A stretch of DNA of 61,534 nucleotides, the filler included, from Choristocarpus tenellus KU-1152 (Eukaryota; Protista; Phaeophyceae): NCBI GenBank assembly GCA_964200185.2. It is 7 parts of 7 records of this genome, joined end to end, with 100 filler letters (N's around TTAATTAATTAA, not from the genome) between each part and the next. Parts side by side here need not be neighbours in the genome. Positions count along the whole stretch, not along the records: positions 1 to 23,253 come from CAXNAD020000257.1; 6 more parts are not named here. One strand, given 5' to 3'. Position 1 is the stretch's first letter; the number at the start of each line of letters is the position of its first letter. The notes beneath the pieces are model-generated. The model ran no database searches and was not told the origin of the DNA. It was given only the letters and a program-made list of their open reading frames with translations. The translations under genes were made by a program, and so were the position numbers. Of this stretch, positions 1 through 13,542 are shown piece by piece.

Positions 1-391
1 GGTGGGGGGGGGGGGGGGGGGGGGGGGGAATAGGGAAGTTTCCGGGGAGTCTGGAAGAGATGCTGGCATTTGTGAGCTACCTTCCCCTTGGTGGGGATGG
101 CACAGCACAGGGAGATGGCATTGTGCCCCGTGATATTGGCATTGTGGAAGGGTCTAACATTGTGGAAATTCCGCTGGCAAAACACTCAGGTGAGTTTTGG
201 TGTAATAGGTAGGCATTATCAAATAGCCTTTGTTAACCCTAGGGTATCGCTAGAAATTGCCAGGGCTATAGACTCTGGTGGCAAAGTGTTCTGTCACGCA
301 GAAAAAGTCCAAAACTTCTCTCATATTTTTTTTCTTCTCAATTCAAAGAGTGATGCCCACAGCCATTAGGACTAAAGCATTCTGGGGGCAA

Positions 392-577
392 GATTTGAAT
401 GCGAGTTTACATGTAAGAGCCTGGGAGATGGCAAATGGTGCCTCAATAGGGTAAAGCCAAGGGAAGCTCTAATGTCAGCTTGTAGCAATCCTGAAATGTA
501 AATTATTCAGTGGCCATGTTGGACTGCAGGGGCAAAGACCAATTGAACATTGATGGTAGATGATGATTTTCTCAGGA
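392..577 (+). pseudogene. Decayed 28S (LSU) rRNA fragment
   Basis: The stretch gatggcaaatggtgcctcaatagggtaaagccaagggaagctct...gcttgtagcaatcctgaaatgtaaat...caggggcaaagaccaattgaac is colinear with the conserved eukaryotic LSU segment GATGGTGAACTATGCCTGAATAGGGTGAAGCCAGAGGAAACTCT...GCTCGTAGCGATTCTGACGTGCAAAT...TAGGGGCGAAAGACTAATCGAAC (recalled from memory; roughly 70-75% identity by eye). CpGs are mutated and the CCAGAG-GAAA-CTCTGG hairpin pairing is broken. Confidence 0.75.
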
Positions 578-1532
578 GGTCTACCAGCTGAAGCCACCTT
601 TTGTCAAAAATTCCTGGATGGTGATGGTGCCATGAGAATAAGATTGCTTTGATGATGTACTTCAAAGTATTTGATTGAGAGTGTGCATACCGACGGCAGT
701 GCTTGGTCTCTATACCAGACTAAGGTAGTGAGCCATGCCCATCTTAGACTGGTCCAAGGTCATACAGAGGGGGTGGGACAATGCCATCCATACCCCATTC
801 ACATACGCATACAGTCATTGTCTTACCTAAAGTATGCATTCAACAGAATGGCAAGAGGGTATTCATGATGGGCTATGATATATGTCTATAATGTCTTGGC
901 TGTGCTGCTTCATGACATGAGTGAATAGCTATGACCCAATTGGCTAGATCAATCCGTTCCTGCACTTCCTCAGGTGGTGTCAATTGCGTATCACAGCACC
1001 TACTCCAAACACTCTCCCTTGTTGCGACAACATTATACACTATGTTGTCAACAGCCTCACTAGACCCTCCACATACAGTTCATGTCACTCATAAAATGAA
1101 AGTACAAGTCCTTTTCTATCTTTCCTACTGTGCACCCATTAATGATGGCCAGCATTGGTTGCAGGCCTCACCCATACACAACTGGCTGCACTGATACCCC
1201 GAACTCAGTTCCACAGTATGAGCCAGTTTGGTGTGTGCGAGGTGATTCGCCTGCTGTATATGCCACCTAATGTAGGGTCAAAGGGCAGGGGGGACAAGTG
1301 TGCTGAGCAACTACGTCTCTACTAGAACAAGGTTAAGTCATGGGTTTGAAAACAGTCAAATTATTCAAATTGTGTACCTCATGTCAGGGGTCACAGGGGG
1401 AAGTGGGGAGTTAGACTGTGATGTACAGGGAAAAGCAGATGGGGTTTTTGATCCTGTGCACTGGCTAGGAGGGATCATGATATGCAGCAAAACCAATGTC
1501 CGAAATAAGCAATTGAGCAACATTCTGCACAG

Positions 1533-3257
1533 AATGCAATGCAAAGGAGACCTGACCCGTCCGACCAGTGCCTAGATGGTACTTGGTGCATGACAGACCC
1601 ATAGAAATAGTTGAGGTTTCACAGATGTAACATGGTGGGTACCGAGAATTCCATGAAAGGAAGGTCAAGAGGGGCAAAGAGGGGGAAGCTGGGGTGAGGT
1701 GAAGAATCCTGTCTGCACCTAGTGAAGATGGTGTCTATCTTCCCCCTGTTAGGCATACAGTCTCACTGCTTAGTGCGCTTTGGATGAGTGAAGCCTACAG
1801 GGTTCAGAGTCAGTACTGTAGGGTGTTATTTCAAAGATGGTAAGAGCATGGGTTTGAGCCTGAGTGTGCATCCTCCGCCTTCCTGTAGATGTATGTTGTC
1901 AGATGGTACATACGAATGAGAATATCCTCCAGAGTAATAGTTTTATTAGTAATAATGGTGTTTGAGAACACTTTTGACTATGTCTGGCATTCTGGGCTGA
2001 AGGATCTACACACAGCTATGACGGAGCAGGGAAGGGCTTTAAAAGTGTGCATGACAAAATTGAGAAAGCACAAGGTACACTGGCCCATGTTCAGATGCTG
2101 CATCTGAACTTCTCATATGGGAACAGAGTGTGTCCAGGTCTCAGCATACATATGCTGCTTTGTTTGAGAAAGAGTACAGATCTGAACTACATGGAGTTGG
2201 AAATATATATCCTAGAGCTGTTTAAGCAGGCTACGCTCATATGGAAACAAGTATTCATGTATGGGGAAAGGGCAAGGGGGAGGGATGATGGTGTTTTAAG
2301 ACATATTTTGGCACATGAGGTGGTGCAGTTGAAGGGGTGCACAGGGAGGTCATGCTCACATCATGAATTGCATGTGATGGCCATCACACACAACATAGGC
2401 ATCCGTACTCATACGTACTTTTTTTGTACTTGCATGTCCTTTCTACCAAGTTTAATTCATGAACAGATGGAGAGACTTTCTGAAACTATTGTGACTCACA
2501 TTTGGGCGAGAACATTGCTGTTTTATGTCAAAGGAATACATTGCCTTCTGGATGGGTTTGTCATGAGTGTGGCCGTATCGTGTAAGGTCTGTAACCCTCT
2601 GCCAGGCACGTCATCTGCCCTGGAACAAATTCCCCTTTTTCAGTAGTATTGGGCGTGCATTGCCCCTCTCCCTCAGTCGAGTGGAGAACTTGAAGAAATT
2701 GTTGCCTGCCTTGAAAAGTCGTGACATGGTTTCAAGCATTTGAGGACATCCTGCATGGCACCGTAATTAGTGTTGTATTGGTGTCCGTGTCACACATATG
2801 CATGTGTTTTTAAATCTGATCTTGCTTACTGTGTTGTACTTTATGTCCCCAGGCACAGCCGCAGCAAGTGTATTTTGGTATCTCTTGTGTAGGAATGGGT
2901 AATAGCAAATCCGTAAACATTTGCACCACAGTTGTGATCATTTAGCTTCCTATGTAGTATTAAGTGGGTACATACCTTTTCTAACTGCGTGTTTTAATAG
3001 CTCTGATGTATTTATGGGCGCATTTCATCACACCAAGGCTACCTCTGTTGTTTAACACCTAACCCCCCCATCTCCCATGCATTGCAGGCTTCATACCATT
3101 CCCTGGTGATGCCATCCAGCTCGGGGACGCCTTCCCTTGGTACGGAGATCCTAACCTAATGGGCGAGTGGGTGGGATGCTTAGATGCCGCTGAGAACAAG
3201 GCCAGGATTGCACCACAGCTGGGCAAGAGCATCTGGGAGTCATTACGACCCTGGTGA
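1533..3257 (+). CDS. Candidate last exon(s) of an unidentified gene, 5' part off-contig (exons 1533-1578? and 3088-3257)
   Basis: Acceptor ttgcag at 3087 opens a CpG-retaining frame GFIPFPGDAIQLGDAFPWYGDPNLMGEWVGCLDAAENKARIAPQLGKSIWESLRPW-stop. A phase-compatible small exon (ctgcacag|NAMQRRPDPSDQCLD|gtactt) lies upstream. No recognisable family. Confidence 0.4.
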
Positions 3258-5059
3258 TGCCAGTACACTTTTGGCACTCGAGGGCATATCAAAGTCGTTT
3301 AAAGGAAAGCAAGACACATGTTTGTTTTTTGGGGTTAATGCTGTAACTGTTGACCTATGTTACATATTAAGACCATCAAACAGAACTTTATTGTTCCTCC
3401 CCCCTTACTCCCATGGCATTTTTTACTATAATTAGCATTAGTACGTTACTTTTTCCTTCAAACAGTATTGTAGTTGATGTGAGTGAGTCCTATGAGTGCA
3501 TGGACAGTTTTACTTATGTTTTCTTGACAGGCGCTACAGAGTAGTTAGTGCATAAGTTGCAATGAGTTCGTTTCCACTTCCCGAAAGGAGTACATCAAGA
3601 CCTTGTTATGCACTGACTTACTAATATGGAGAAGTTTTACATGACAGTGTGCCGGATATTCACTTGTGGCAAGCAAACTTAGGCTTCCAAGTCGTTTCTC
3701 CACCCAAGATAGGTTTGGGGTGGAGTTCCATGTACTAGACCCTAAGAGGGGGTCAATTTTGTACTAGGGAATTATTATTCTTCAATGAGACAAGCCTCTC
3801 ACCAAACGAGTTTTTTCTTGTTGCCTTTGTTCTGGTCCGGGGCTAGGGACCTACCTAGACCAATGGTTGGAAACACTATCACTGCACTGCTTCTCATGAA
3901 CTACAAATATAAGTTGCATTGTGACTAATTGCATTGCCCCCATACGTGGCTTCCTTTTTTTTTCACTTGTTAGCTGCCACCATCACACGACAAATGGTTA
4001 CTAAATTTCTCCATCTAAAAAAGTAGAGATAGTGTATTTCTTTCTCAACGGTGTTATTTTTCAAGCTTTGTACTTTACATTAGTATTAATTTTAAATTGA
4101 AGTTGCAAACTCGGGTATTTAAAATCAGACATGGCCAATGCAAGGGTCCTAACATCGCCTGGCTGGTCAGGGTAAGTTTCTTGTGAAGAAGCATTATCAG
4201 TTGATGCCGAAACCTTTGCATGAACATTGGGAGGAGAAGATAGGGCGATGCTTCTTTGCAAATATACTCTCATCCTTCTGGAGATGCCTTTAAATTCTAA
4301 ATTAATGCAGTAATTCGATACTTCTAGTGTATCCTATTTATCCTTGCCACATTTGTTATAGTATTTCTATGTAACCTTTGTCATTTATCCCTCACACCTG
4401 GCATATGGTGAGTCAATGAGAGAATGTCTGTGACTCCTTCGCCACATCACTGAATCAAGTATAGTGCAACTAGGTAAAGGTACTCTGGATGTCGAAAAAA
4501 AAAACTTACGACTGTTCCTAGTGAAGCAAACTCACCTGTATCACCTTCCCCGTGTAGATCCTGTTCTTACAATTCAGAAGTGATAACATAGTATTTCATT
4601 GCAAAATATGTATATTATGATATACTAAGTAACATTTCTCAACCAAATCTTTGTCAACAAATTGTAACAGTACCAATTAGTATTGTCAGCAATTACAATA
4701 ATAAAAGCGAAATCACTCACATTCACTTTGGCATCATCAGGCCCAACGACAAAACCACATTTGTGACAATATCACACGTAAGGTACTAGCAAAAAATCAT
4801 ATAGCACAGTGACTACAGACTAAGACATACGCACATTGTGATAGAATTAGGTTTGAGTTGCTCTTCATGCTGAGATCATTTTACCACCCGTCACAGGAAG
4901 CTCAATTGAACCTGCCAATTCATGTTGCTGTTGTAAAACTCTTGAGTGTGTGTATGTCCTGAATACGTATTTGAGTATCTCTTTCACCTTGTGAATCACT
5001 CTTAAGTACTCTGGGGCAGCCAACCAGATCAATACTAGCAATACCTAAGGTGGTTAAAG

Positions 5060-6260
5060 CTCACAGGAAAGCCTTTCTGCATTTATACCCCAACATGTGA
5101 TACATTCCTTAGTGCCTTCAACCCCTTGTGAGCATCTCTTTAACTAGAGGACTTGGTGATACACACTTGCCCATAATCTGGGCACACCACTACTCCATAA
5201 AGACCCCAGCAAGCAATGGGTAAATTTGTATTAATAGCAACATGTCTAGATTTTTCCTGTCCATATCATTGTCAGCCCATCATCATAGGCTGGATATACC
5301 GTACTTGCTTGAGACGTTGCATCAGTGGTTTCTGCTCCCACATTTCGACATTAAGGGGTTAGGTGCTGGTTCAGATTCTTGTTTACAGAACTCTTCCACC
5401 TGAGAGCGTGACAACATATCTGGGATGTAATGTAATCTGCCAGGCTTATGAAGGATGGCAAAATCATTTGTCCATGTCAGATCCAGTCCAGAATGTAATG
5501 CACTCTTAACTTGTGTCTCAACCCACTCTAGAGCGCATGATGCATCTTGTACAACAAGAAAATGCGGACGACCCTCTACTTTAGACCTTCAAAGGATTGG
5601 AAAACATTTGAGGCAACAGGGAAGGAACTCATACATACCTGCATTTCTAAACTTGTCCACAACTGTAGATTGTTCCTGTGAATCAAGATGGAGTTCAAGC
5701 TGGTGCTCAATATATCCTTTAGAAACTGGAACTGGAGTACATGGTGCTTGTGAGGTAAACTCCATGCACATCCTACTTAGGGTGCAACAACGTCAAACCA
5801 CAAATGGCCAGTAAGATCAGGGCAGAAGGAAGGGGAGACGGGGGGGGAAGGGAGAGCAAGGCAGAAAGCAGGAAGTTCCTCATGCTGCAGAGTGATGATC
5901 CAGGTCCATGCCTAAGCAGTTGAAACACAACACCCAGGACCCTCTCTGTGCATACCCAGTATCTGCACACTGCCTCTTTCCCACAACCTTTGAAGACCAA
6001 GAACCATGGTTGCAGGTTGATCAATACAAATCCACAGAGACCATCTACCTCAAAGACTCACTTGGGTTTAATCATCCTTATGACAGTAGGAATAGGCAAG
6101 GGTACATGCCTACGGGTAGGTCAAGCCAATACAAGGCATGCCCTTACTATGCTCACAACATAACCAACAGCAAATATTGTAATCAGTAGGTCACATCCTA
6201 AGGTTACCTCTTTAGATGGTAGCACATGGGACACTGCACCTGAACTACAGGAACCCCCTC
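5060..6260 (-). mobile_element. Highly decayed Ty3/Gypsy LTR retrotransposon pol remnant (RNase H to integrase zinc-binding region)
   Basis: Minus-strand translation near 5400-5465 gives DFAILHKPGRLHYIPDMLSRS, which matches the Gypsy RNase H C-terminal pattern DF.I.Y.PG..N..AD.LSR. Flanks show weaker RNase H and integrase-like remnants with many stops. Boundaries are approximate. Confidence 0.5.
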
Positions 6261-6688
6261 CATGCCATGTGACACATAAAGAAAACTATAATACGTCCTT
6301 CCTCTCATCCCCCACATACATTCACTCTCTAACAAGGACTAAAGGCAACCTTGACCTACTTCCTCACCACCAAACCTATACACTGCAACCCTCCCCCCTC
6401 CCACCCCTCCCCCTTAAGGACAAAACCCAAGCAGCATCAAGACAGTCATACCCTTGAGCCCAGCCATGACAACTTTCTATTCCTATCCCCTGGTCTCCAT
6501 TTTCCCCAATCTGAAACCACTCTTTCAGCCATACTTTATTTTTAAGTTTGTCAACAGGGAGGACCAAGGTCATATGTAAGAGGTTGTAGGGGAGGAGGTG
6601 GAACAGAGGAGGTAGGAAGGAGAAAGGAAAGGAAATCAAGGTCTGTTGCCACAGACATGGCTTGCTACTATGGACTGAAATATGTAGC

Positions 6689-9379
6689 TCAGCTGCGGAA
6701 CTTGCCCCATATATGGAGAAGGACTACACAGGCAATGAACATGACAGAGAAGATTAGCACAACGTTAGGACCAATCTGAAGGCCTGGGGCATCCTCTGTG
6801 TAGAACCGAAGGATGCCTGCAACAGAACAAAAGGGGCAAGAGCAACACATGAGTGAAGTGCATATGGACAGTGGGATATCATACCTATGAGCAAGGCAGG
6901 TAATGTGAAAAGAGGAAAACATAGCTTGAACAAATCTTAGTATGTAGGATTGTTCCTTGTAGGGGTGAGTCCCCATCTAGGTGTAAGAATACATGATTCA
7001 GTACCCATCCAAACGAGATGGTGCAAAGAACGTTCGCCCAGACAAGGTGGTCTGCAAGAAATTACTTTTAATACTGGGAAGAAAAAGTGGGGTTGGACAA
7101 ATATCTCAAGAAACATACCAAAGCCACAGATCAATCCACTCAGCTCACCTGGTTGGTTGTTTTGGCCACGTCCCTGCGACCGTGCTCCCCCTTGCGGGCG
7201 CTGGGGACGTCCGCTGCTCCACACAAGCAAAGCAGATAAGAGGCGTCAAGATGTGACACGAACAAGGGTAGGGATGAGCAAAATATTGTAAGCCTTTCCT
7301 GCATTTATTGTTCAGAAAAAATCGCATTACCACAAGGTTTGGATGGTTTGGGGGGGGAGAGAGTGAAGGGATTATGCAGATCAAGTTTCTTTTACGCCAT
7401 TAGGGCTACCTTGCTACTCACGGTTGATGGTTGACGAATATCTCATTAGAAGCTAGACACATTGAAACAAAAGGGAGATCAACATACATTTGATACATAG
7501 GTAGGGACCCACTACAAAGCTAAGAACACAGTGCCAAAGAAGGACAACTCCTCCACCTCAAAGCAAGTAATTTATTGTGTCCCCCATGACCCCCCACAAA
7601 ATATTGAAAGGACATTCCGAGGTTTTGCATGTGCTGAATGAAATAAAAGTAATAAAAAATCATACAAACAGCCTTTGAAAGGTCAGGGGAGAGGAATGTA
7701 TACCAAAGGACCAACAAGAACACATTTTCTTTGCCAATTACAACACCTAACATCACTGTGGTGCTGCTACAGCAATACTGCTGACTTGCAGCATTGAAAG
7801 GCATACAATAGACTTCATGTGCATACACAACGGGAATGGTTATTCTCACCACAGTGTGATACAAGGCAAACCAAAACTGATCAGGAAAGCAACGGCCTAC
7901 ATCACATCAAGGGCCTGCTAGGTGACCTTACACCATGCTGCCCTCTTCCACTCTGACCCGTATCACAGTACAAAACATGAGCCACAGTTGCTAAATTTTT
8001 GCACTCAAAGCCCACAAAACAAATTTATCAATTCCTCAGCATCATCTGGGTATTCTTAGGTGGGAAGAAGGGAATAAAAAAAGCATGGATGCAACTCTTG
8101 GTAGAATAAGTTCACCAAAACAATACTGCCAAAAAAACAACACACAACCACACACAAACCTCCAATATAACGTGAAGCAGTACTACATTTTCCCTTACGA
8201 ATGGTGGCACTACTGTGAATGCCTACTCAGTACTATCTCTTAACGATGGTAGATACTACACATAACTAAGGTATACTTTACTCTTGTGAAAAAGGGCATA
8301 CTCACCCCCTGAGACATGACCGCAGTTCATACCAAATAGAAACCATGGTTCAGCGCACATTCCAATCCAGCCCAGGACAGCACCAGCCACAATAATCAAT
8401 CCAGCGGAGTAGCAGCGAAAACAAGTAGATGCCAACAAGAGGTGCAGATTCGACATAAGCCCCCCACAACCAAGCCGCAGTGAGACAGCAAGGAATTTGG
8501 GAGTGGGGAGCTATGTTGGAAACAGATTGTAGAAGGAAGTGCTAGAAAGCAAAGCGAAATACTGAAACAGAATGGTCAAAGATTTGTCATTCCCTCGCTA
8601 AGAACTCTATACATTGAACTTTTCCTAGGTCGTCCAAATGACGGGTAACCCCTGACCCCTCGTCCTTTCGACCATCACCAAGATGATCTGGTGGTGTCCG
8701 TACTCGGTTCCCCTTACTACTGATTGCCACTTCACACACCCTTGCGACATTTCAACTCTTTCTTCCCTATATTAAGTGTGCGCTCTTGATTAGTAGTATG
8801 TTTTTTTTGGTGTTTGCGCATAATCTCTCCTACCTCTTTGCCAGAGATGCCCCCGCAGCCCCCGCCGGCTTTGCTGACCGGTTTGCCAACCCCTCGCTTG
8901 CCTTAGGCTGTACTTCGGGAAAATGTATAGAGGGGAGTAAAATTGTTGATGATGTGAATATACAGGCTGTGAGATTTGTAGGTGATAAGGGTCACCCACT
9001 ACACATCCTATCTATGGGCAAACAAAATAGCTATAGCTACCTCAAAACAAACCCACACCAGGCACATCCAGTACGGAAAAATTAACATCACGACCACCTC
9101 GTTTTTCGATCCAATTACTCATACCACAGTTATCCGTTTGATTTTTCAGAAGAATTTCGGCAACCGTGCTGCAGTTGTGCCCCAACCCTTGTCTCCCTCC
9201 TCGTAGTCTCCTCCCCATCCACTCACCGGCATAGTTGCAACGCACCACCTGCAAAGGACCTAACTTTGACTTCACACTTCCCTTCCTCTTTCCCCACCCT
9301 GAATGTTCCTGCAGAAAGACCTCAACCTTCCTTATGGTGTCGGTGCGTGTGTTAGCAGGGTCGACTTACCCCACACCAT
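6689..9379 (-). CDS. SEC61B: Protein translocon subunit Sec61-beta, about 93 aa; exons 9370-9379, 8834-8912 (or 8834-8907), 7149-7213, 6689-6816
   Basis: Spliced product [93 protein letters not shown]. The signature [16 protein letters not shown] and C-terminal TM/LHIWGK are present, and all GT-AG phases agree. The first exon is the least certain. Confidence 0.95.
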
Positions 9380-10753
9380 GTAGAGGGTGGGAGAAGGTAA
9401 TGGAGTTTGTAGTTTTTTTCTGGAGGCGCGGGAGAAGCGCGCGCTGACGAGTTGATATGAAGATAAGAAGAAAAAGACACGTGGTCATTTTACTAGTTGT
9501 TTTGAAGTAAATAAATATAGGAAAGTGTGGGTTAAGAGTGTGGGATTCAATCCTATAACAAACGACCAATGAAGAAGTGAAGTACCTTGATGAGTGGATG
9601 ATGAAAGTCCGACTTCTGATGACAGAAAGTTTCACTGGGATTACCTTTGTTGTGAGATATTCCTCAACAGAAGATAGACCTTAGGGACAGCAAAGGATGC
9701 TTTCTGGGAGAAGTTTCAGAGTGTGGTACAGCAGACTCCATTCAAGGAGGTTATTCTGATGGATACACTTGTATTGGAAAGAGAGGTGAGAGAGGGAAGG
9801 ATAATGAGAGCAGGATTCTTGGGGCATATGGACGAGGTGTATTGAGTATAGATAGTGAGCACCTATTGATGTTTGAAGCAATGGACAGACTTGCACTTGT
9901 CCACATTTTTCAGTGTACCCAAGGGGAGAGGTTCCCACATGTACTTGGATCATCGACGGGAAAGGGGGCATCTTCGTCTTGATTACGTCCTCACACGGCA
10001 GATTGATCACCAGCTCGTACGCAACTTGAGGGTGCACTCCGTTTTTCCAACGGAATCATATCGCCTTCTTGGATCGATTTTGGCTCATCTTTGTTGGCCT
10101 CCCAATCGGAAGATGCCAACCACGTGGCAAAGGTCGTATATATCCCAACCGATAATCCCTACTGTCTAGTGTCCCCTTGAGGTCTGAACTAGGGAGTATG
10201 ACTTCTGGAAAATCCCCATAACCGAAGAGGCAGTGCCAACCAAGGATACAGGTGATGTACGTACCAATGACTCAAAGATGTCATCTTCACGCACAGTCCC
10301 TTTGCCGGAAGCTGCCTCAGAAGTCCTACTCCCCATCATGAAGGATGCTTCCAGGAGGGTGGTGTGCAAGTGACCAAGCTGAAGCAAATTTCCGTGAAGC
10401 CTTGGTGGAACGGGAAAGGGGGATATGGAAACAACTGTGAGCAAACACCCAAAATGCCACTTTCAAGGAAGACAGCTGGCAAGCTTTTCAAACAGGTGAG
10501 GGCGTCTGCCTTGTAGAAGTCTCTTGACACCTACACTGGGAAGTTAGAAGACCTTACCAACCGCAGAGACCAACCTGTTTTCTACCAACACCTGAATGGG
10601 TTCAAGGTAGAGAAAATAGAATGCCTCTCAGCAAATCCGCAATGAATCTGACCAGCTACTGAGGGAGCAAGCACCCATCATGAAAGGTGGAGGAGATACT
10701 TCACTGTCGCCCATATTACCAAATCGGTTCATCTCAACTCTCATACTTCGCAT

Positions 10754-12402
10754 GGAACTAGCTAGTAGAAATACAGCCGTTTTTTTTTTATTCTTGCTCA
10801 AATCGGATAGACGTATGTAAGGTGAAAGCTGACAGTAAGGGGGATTGGTAGTTAGCATAAGCAGAAATAGAACATCCATAGACAGCACTTGGTATAAGCT
10901 ATCGCAGGTACTTAAAGACTTTTGGAATGGGGTGGAAATACACACATCACTTGGAAAAACTATCAAATTCAAGGTTTTGTGTGAAGAAGGGGTATACTGC
11001 CTTGCAGCATATGTCAAGACTCTTGTGTGGGTATACGCAGTGCAGTTGGGAGTGATAAAGGACTCCAGAAAACGGCATTTACTGTTGAGATTGTGATGTA
11101 TTTTGATGTATTTGGGGTACAAGGCATCAAAAGTAAAGAGAGCACAGATCATTAGTGCATTATGCTTGTGGCAAACAAAAATGACCATATACCCCTGCAT
11201 GTTACTTGAGTGGGACTGGCTTTCCAGGCCTTGTTCTTCATTGATGTTTGGATCACTGAAGAATTGAAACTTTGAAGTGTTTTGTGCTCATGCAAGCTTA
11301 TTTTCTTTCAATCTCTACACGGGCTAGCATGTCTCCATCCGCCTCTCCGTCCATATCTTCCTCCTGCTCTTCATCATTCTATTCTACATCCTCCTCAATT
11401 TCTAACACTCAGGGTATGTCATCCTCAATCTCAGGGGAATAAATGAGGTTCTATTTCCTCAACTTGCTCTCTTCATCCTCGACAGCCGTGTTCAGCTTCA
11501 AATTCTTCATCAGCGCACAATTGGAAGCTTCACTCAACACTAACACCTCAGCCATTGCCTTCTTCCCCTTTCGTGCTTTTGACTCCTTCCCCATATTCTT
11601 TCCAATCTTGTGCTCCCCCGTGATTTAGTCGATCGCAAAGTCCTCAGAAGTCCAATTGCCTTTCCCCTATGCAGGATCGCTTGCATCTTGTGAGTAGCTT
11701 TGAACAGTGTGTTAATCTGAGGCTGTGGGGCGCCACAACAGTTCCCAGCCACCACATGAAATATCCTGTTCCTCCACTTGACATGATTGGGTCGAAATTA
11801 TTCCCAACCCGGTCTGTTAATCCCCAAACTGTCCTCTCAACTTCTAGGCCCCAACATGTAACCACTAGGACCCCCCTGAAAGACCAGGACCCTGATCTTT
11901 CCATTGCATCACTCAGTGTCGATGGATTGTGAGGACAGGTTTGGACTTCCCCATGATCCAGCCTGTCGTAAGTTCTTTGAACCACAATTGTGATGCCCCT
12001 ATGCCGTATCACTCATATCTCACGAACAACTTTGAATTGTGCGAATCTGAGGCCATGGGGGGGCCCATACAGTTTTCCAGGTACTACATGGAAGGGTCTG
12101 TTGCTTCATTGGACATTATCAGGTCGAGATTATTCCCAACCCAATCGAACAGTCCCCAAACAGACCTCCAACTTCTAGACCCCACTATGCAATTGCTATG
12201 ACTCCCCTGAACACAAGAAGCATACGTTTGGAATGCCATCAGGATCCTGATATTTCCAATGCACCACACAGTGTCTATAGATTTTGAGAGCTTTTCTAGT
12301 GATACAGTGAAATGTGGTATACAAACTGAAATTTTGATTTATGAAAAATATGGGTTAAAGTGACCTGGAAGATGAGTTTTCTTCCTTCAACTAGTTAGTC
12401 CC
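10754..12402. mobile_element. 1.65-kb TIR DNA element inserted in the LINE; GG..CC termini with a putative 2-bp AT TSD (ISL2EU-like end structure)
   Basis: Left end ggaactagctagtagaa versus reverse complement of the right end gggactaactagttgaa: 14/17 match. AT flanks both sides (10752-10753, 12403-12404), and LINE homology stops and resumes around it. No transposase motif recognised inside. Confidence 0.6.
11708..12290 (-). repeat. Diverged internal duplication (about 330-bp period) encoding a repeated peptide module
   Basis: 11708-11935 and 12040-12290 align. The minus-strand peptides are VWGLTDRVGNNFDPIM and VWGLFDWVGNNLDLIM. Confidence 0.75.
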
Positions 12403-13281
12403 ATCCATAATAGGGCTGATGCCCTCAATCAACGGCCCACATCGATAACTTTACTAATGCACCAACAATAATTGAGGTGGGTGAAGCACTCTGGCAAGTG
12501 GAAAATGGGAAGGCTTTGGAACCCAACAATCTCTACGCTCAGTTCCTCAGACCTTGGCCAACTGGAGGGTTTCCATGAGATTGTGTTGTGTGTGGGACCA
12601 CAAAAATGCAACTGAGGTCTGGCAGGATGTGGTCATCACCGTTTTCCACTAGAAAAAGGACCAGATTGGCTGTAGTACTACAAGGGTTCTCGTTGGTACA
12701 TGCTGGCAAAGTGCTCACAATGTTTTGCACAGTGGCTAGGAGATTACCTGAAATGGGAGAACATTCTACATCAGGATCAGTGTGGCTTCTGGTTGAAATA
12801 CTCCATGGTGGACATGATGTACTTCTAAGAGGTTGGCCAGAAAAGCATATACCCCTACTCATGTATTTCGTCAATCTACACAAAGGATCCGACTATCTTG
12901 ACTGTTTCCTCCTGTGGGGTGTGTTGGTCAAGCTTGAACTGCGAGAAGATATCATTTCTATCTTTCGCCAATTCTATTACAAAATGAGGGCTTGGGCTCA
13001 CATGGGTGATGGTAAGTGCACAGACTTTTTCGAAGTTGGACAGGGCCTTTGATAAGGGTTGTGTTGCTCCCATCCTCTTGAATATCTTCTTTGCCACATT
13101 GTTAATTGTAGTAGTTAAAGAGTTAATATCTGACCTGGCCATATCCAAGGGGGTTGTTGTCATAAAGAGAGTGGCCACAGCCAGATCAGAGGAGGAGAAG
13201 CACTAGGAAGTGGGAAAGCAATTAAGGGCCACTTGTGGGTATGTTTTATGCTGATGATGTGGGTATGTCTCCAAGGCACAA

Positions 13282-13542
13282 GAGTGAAAGTATCTTAGAG
13301 GGTACGAGTTTTGCCCTGTTTGTCCATTTGGGGCTTGGCTTTCCACGAGTTTTTTTAATGATATTTTACCTACTCTAGAATATTTTGGAGTAGGTAAAAT
13401 GTATACGTCATGAAAAGGTGTGTCCGGAACAAGGATATTGACACTTCCTACCCAACACGATAGCCAAAATTACATCAAAGTCGCAACATTGGATTTTGGC
13501 CCCCAAACCGACGTGGCTCTACCCTCCAAGACACTTTGACTC
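13282..13542. mobile_element. MITE family A copy 1 (261 bp; TIR GAGTSAAAGTRTCTTRGAGGGTA; TSD ACAA)
   Basis: Imperfect TIRs of about 23 bp with the 4-bp direct repeat ACAA on both flanks. It splits the LINE RT just after YADD. Homologous copies lie at 26915 and 45036. Confidence 0.9.

Noticed and set aside
1-60. Poly-G/poly-C runs at contig ends (also about 33753-33792 and 44508-44533) and the resulting poly-Pro ORFs
   Set aside because: Low-quality homopolymer contig ends; the ORFs have no coding signal.
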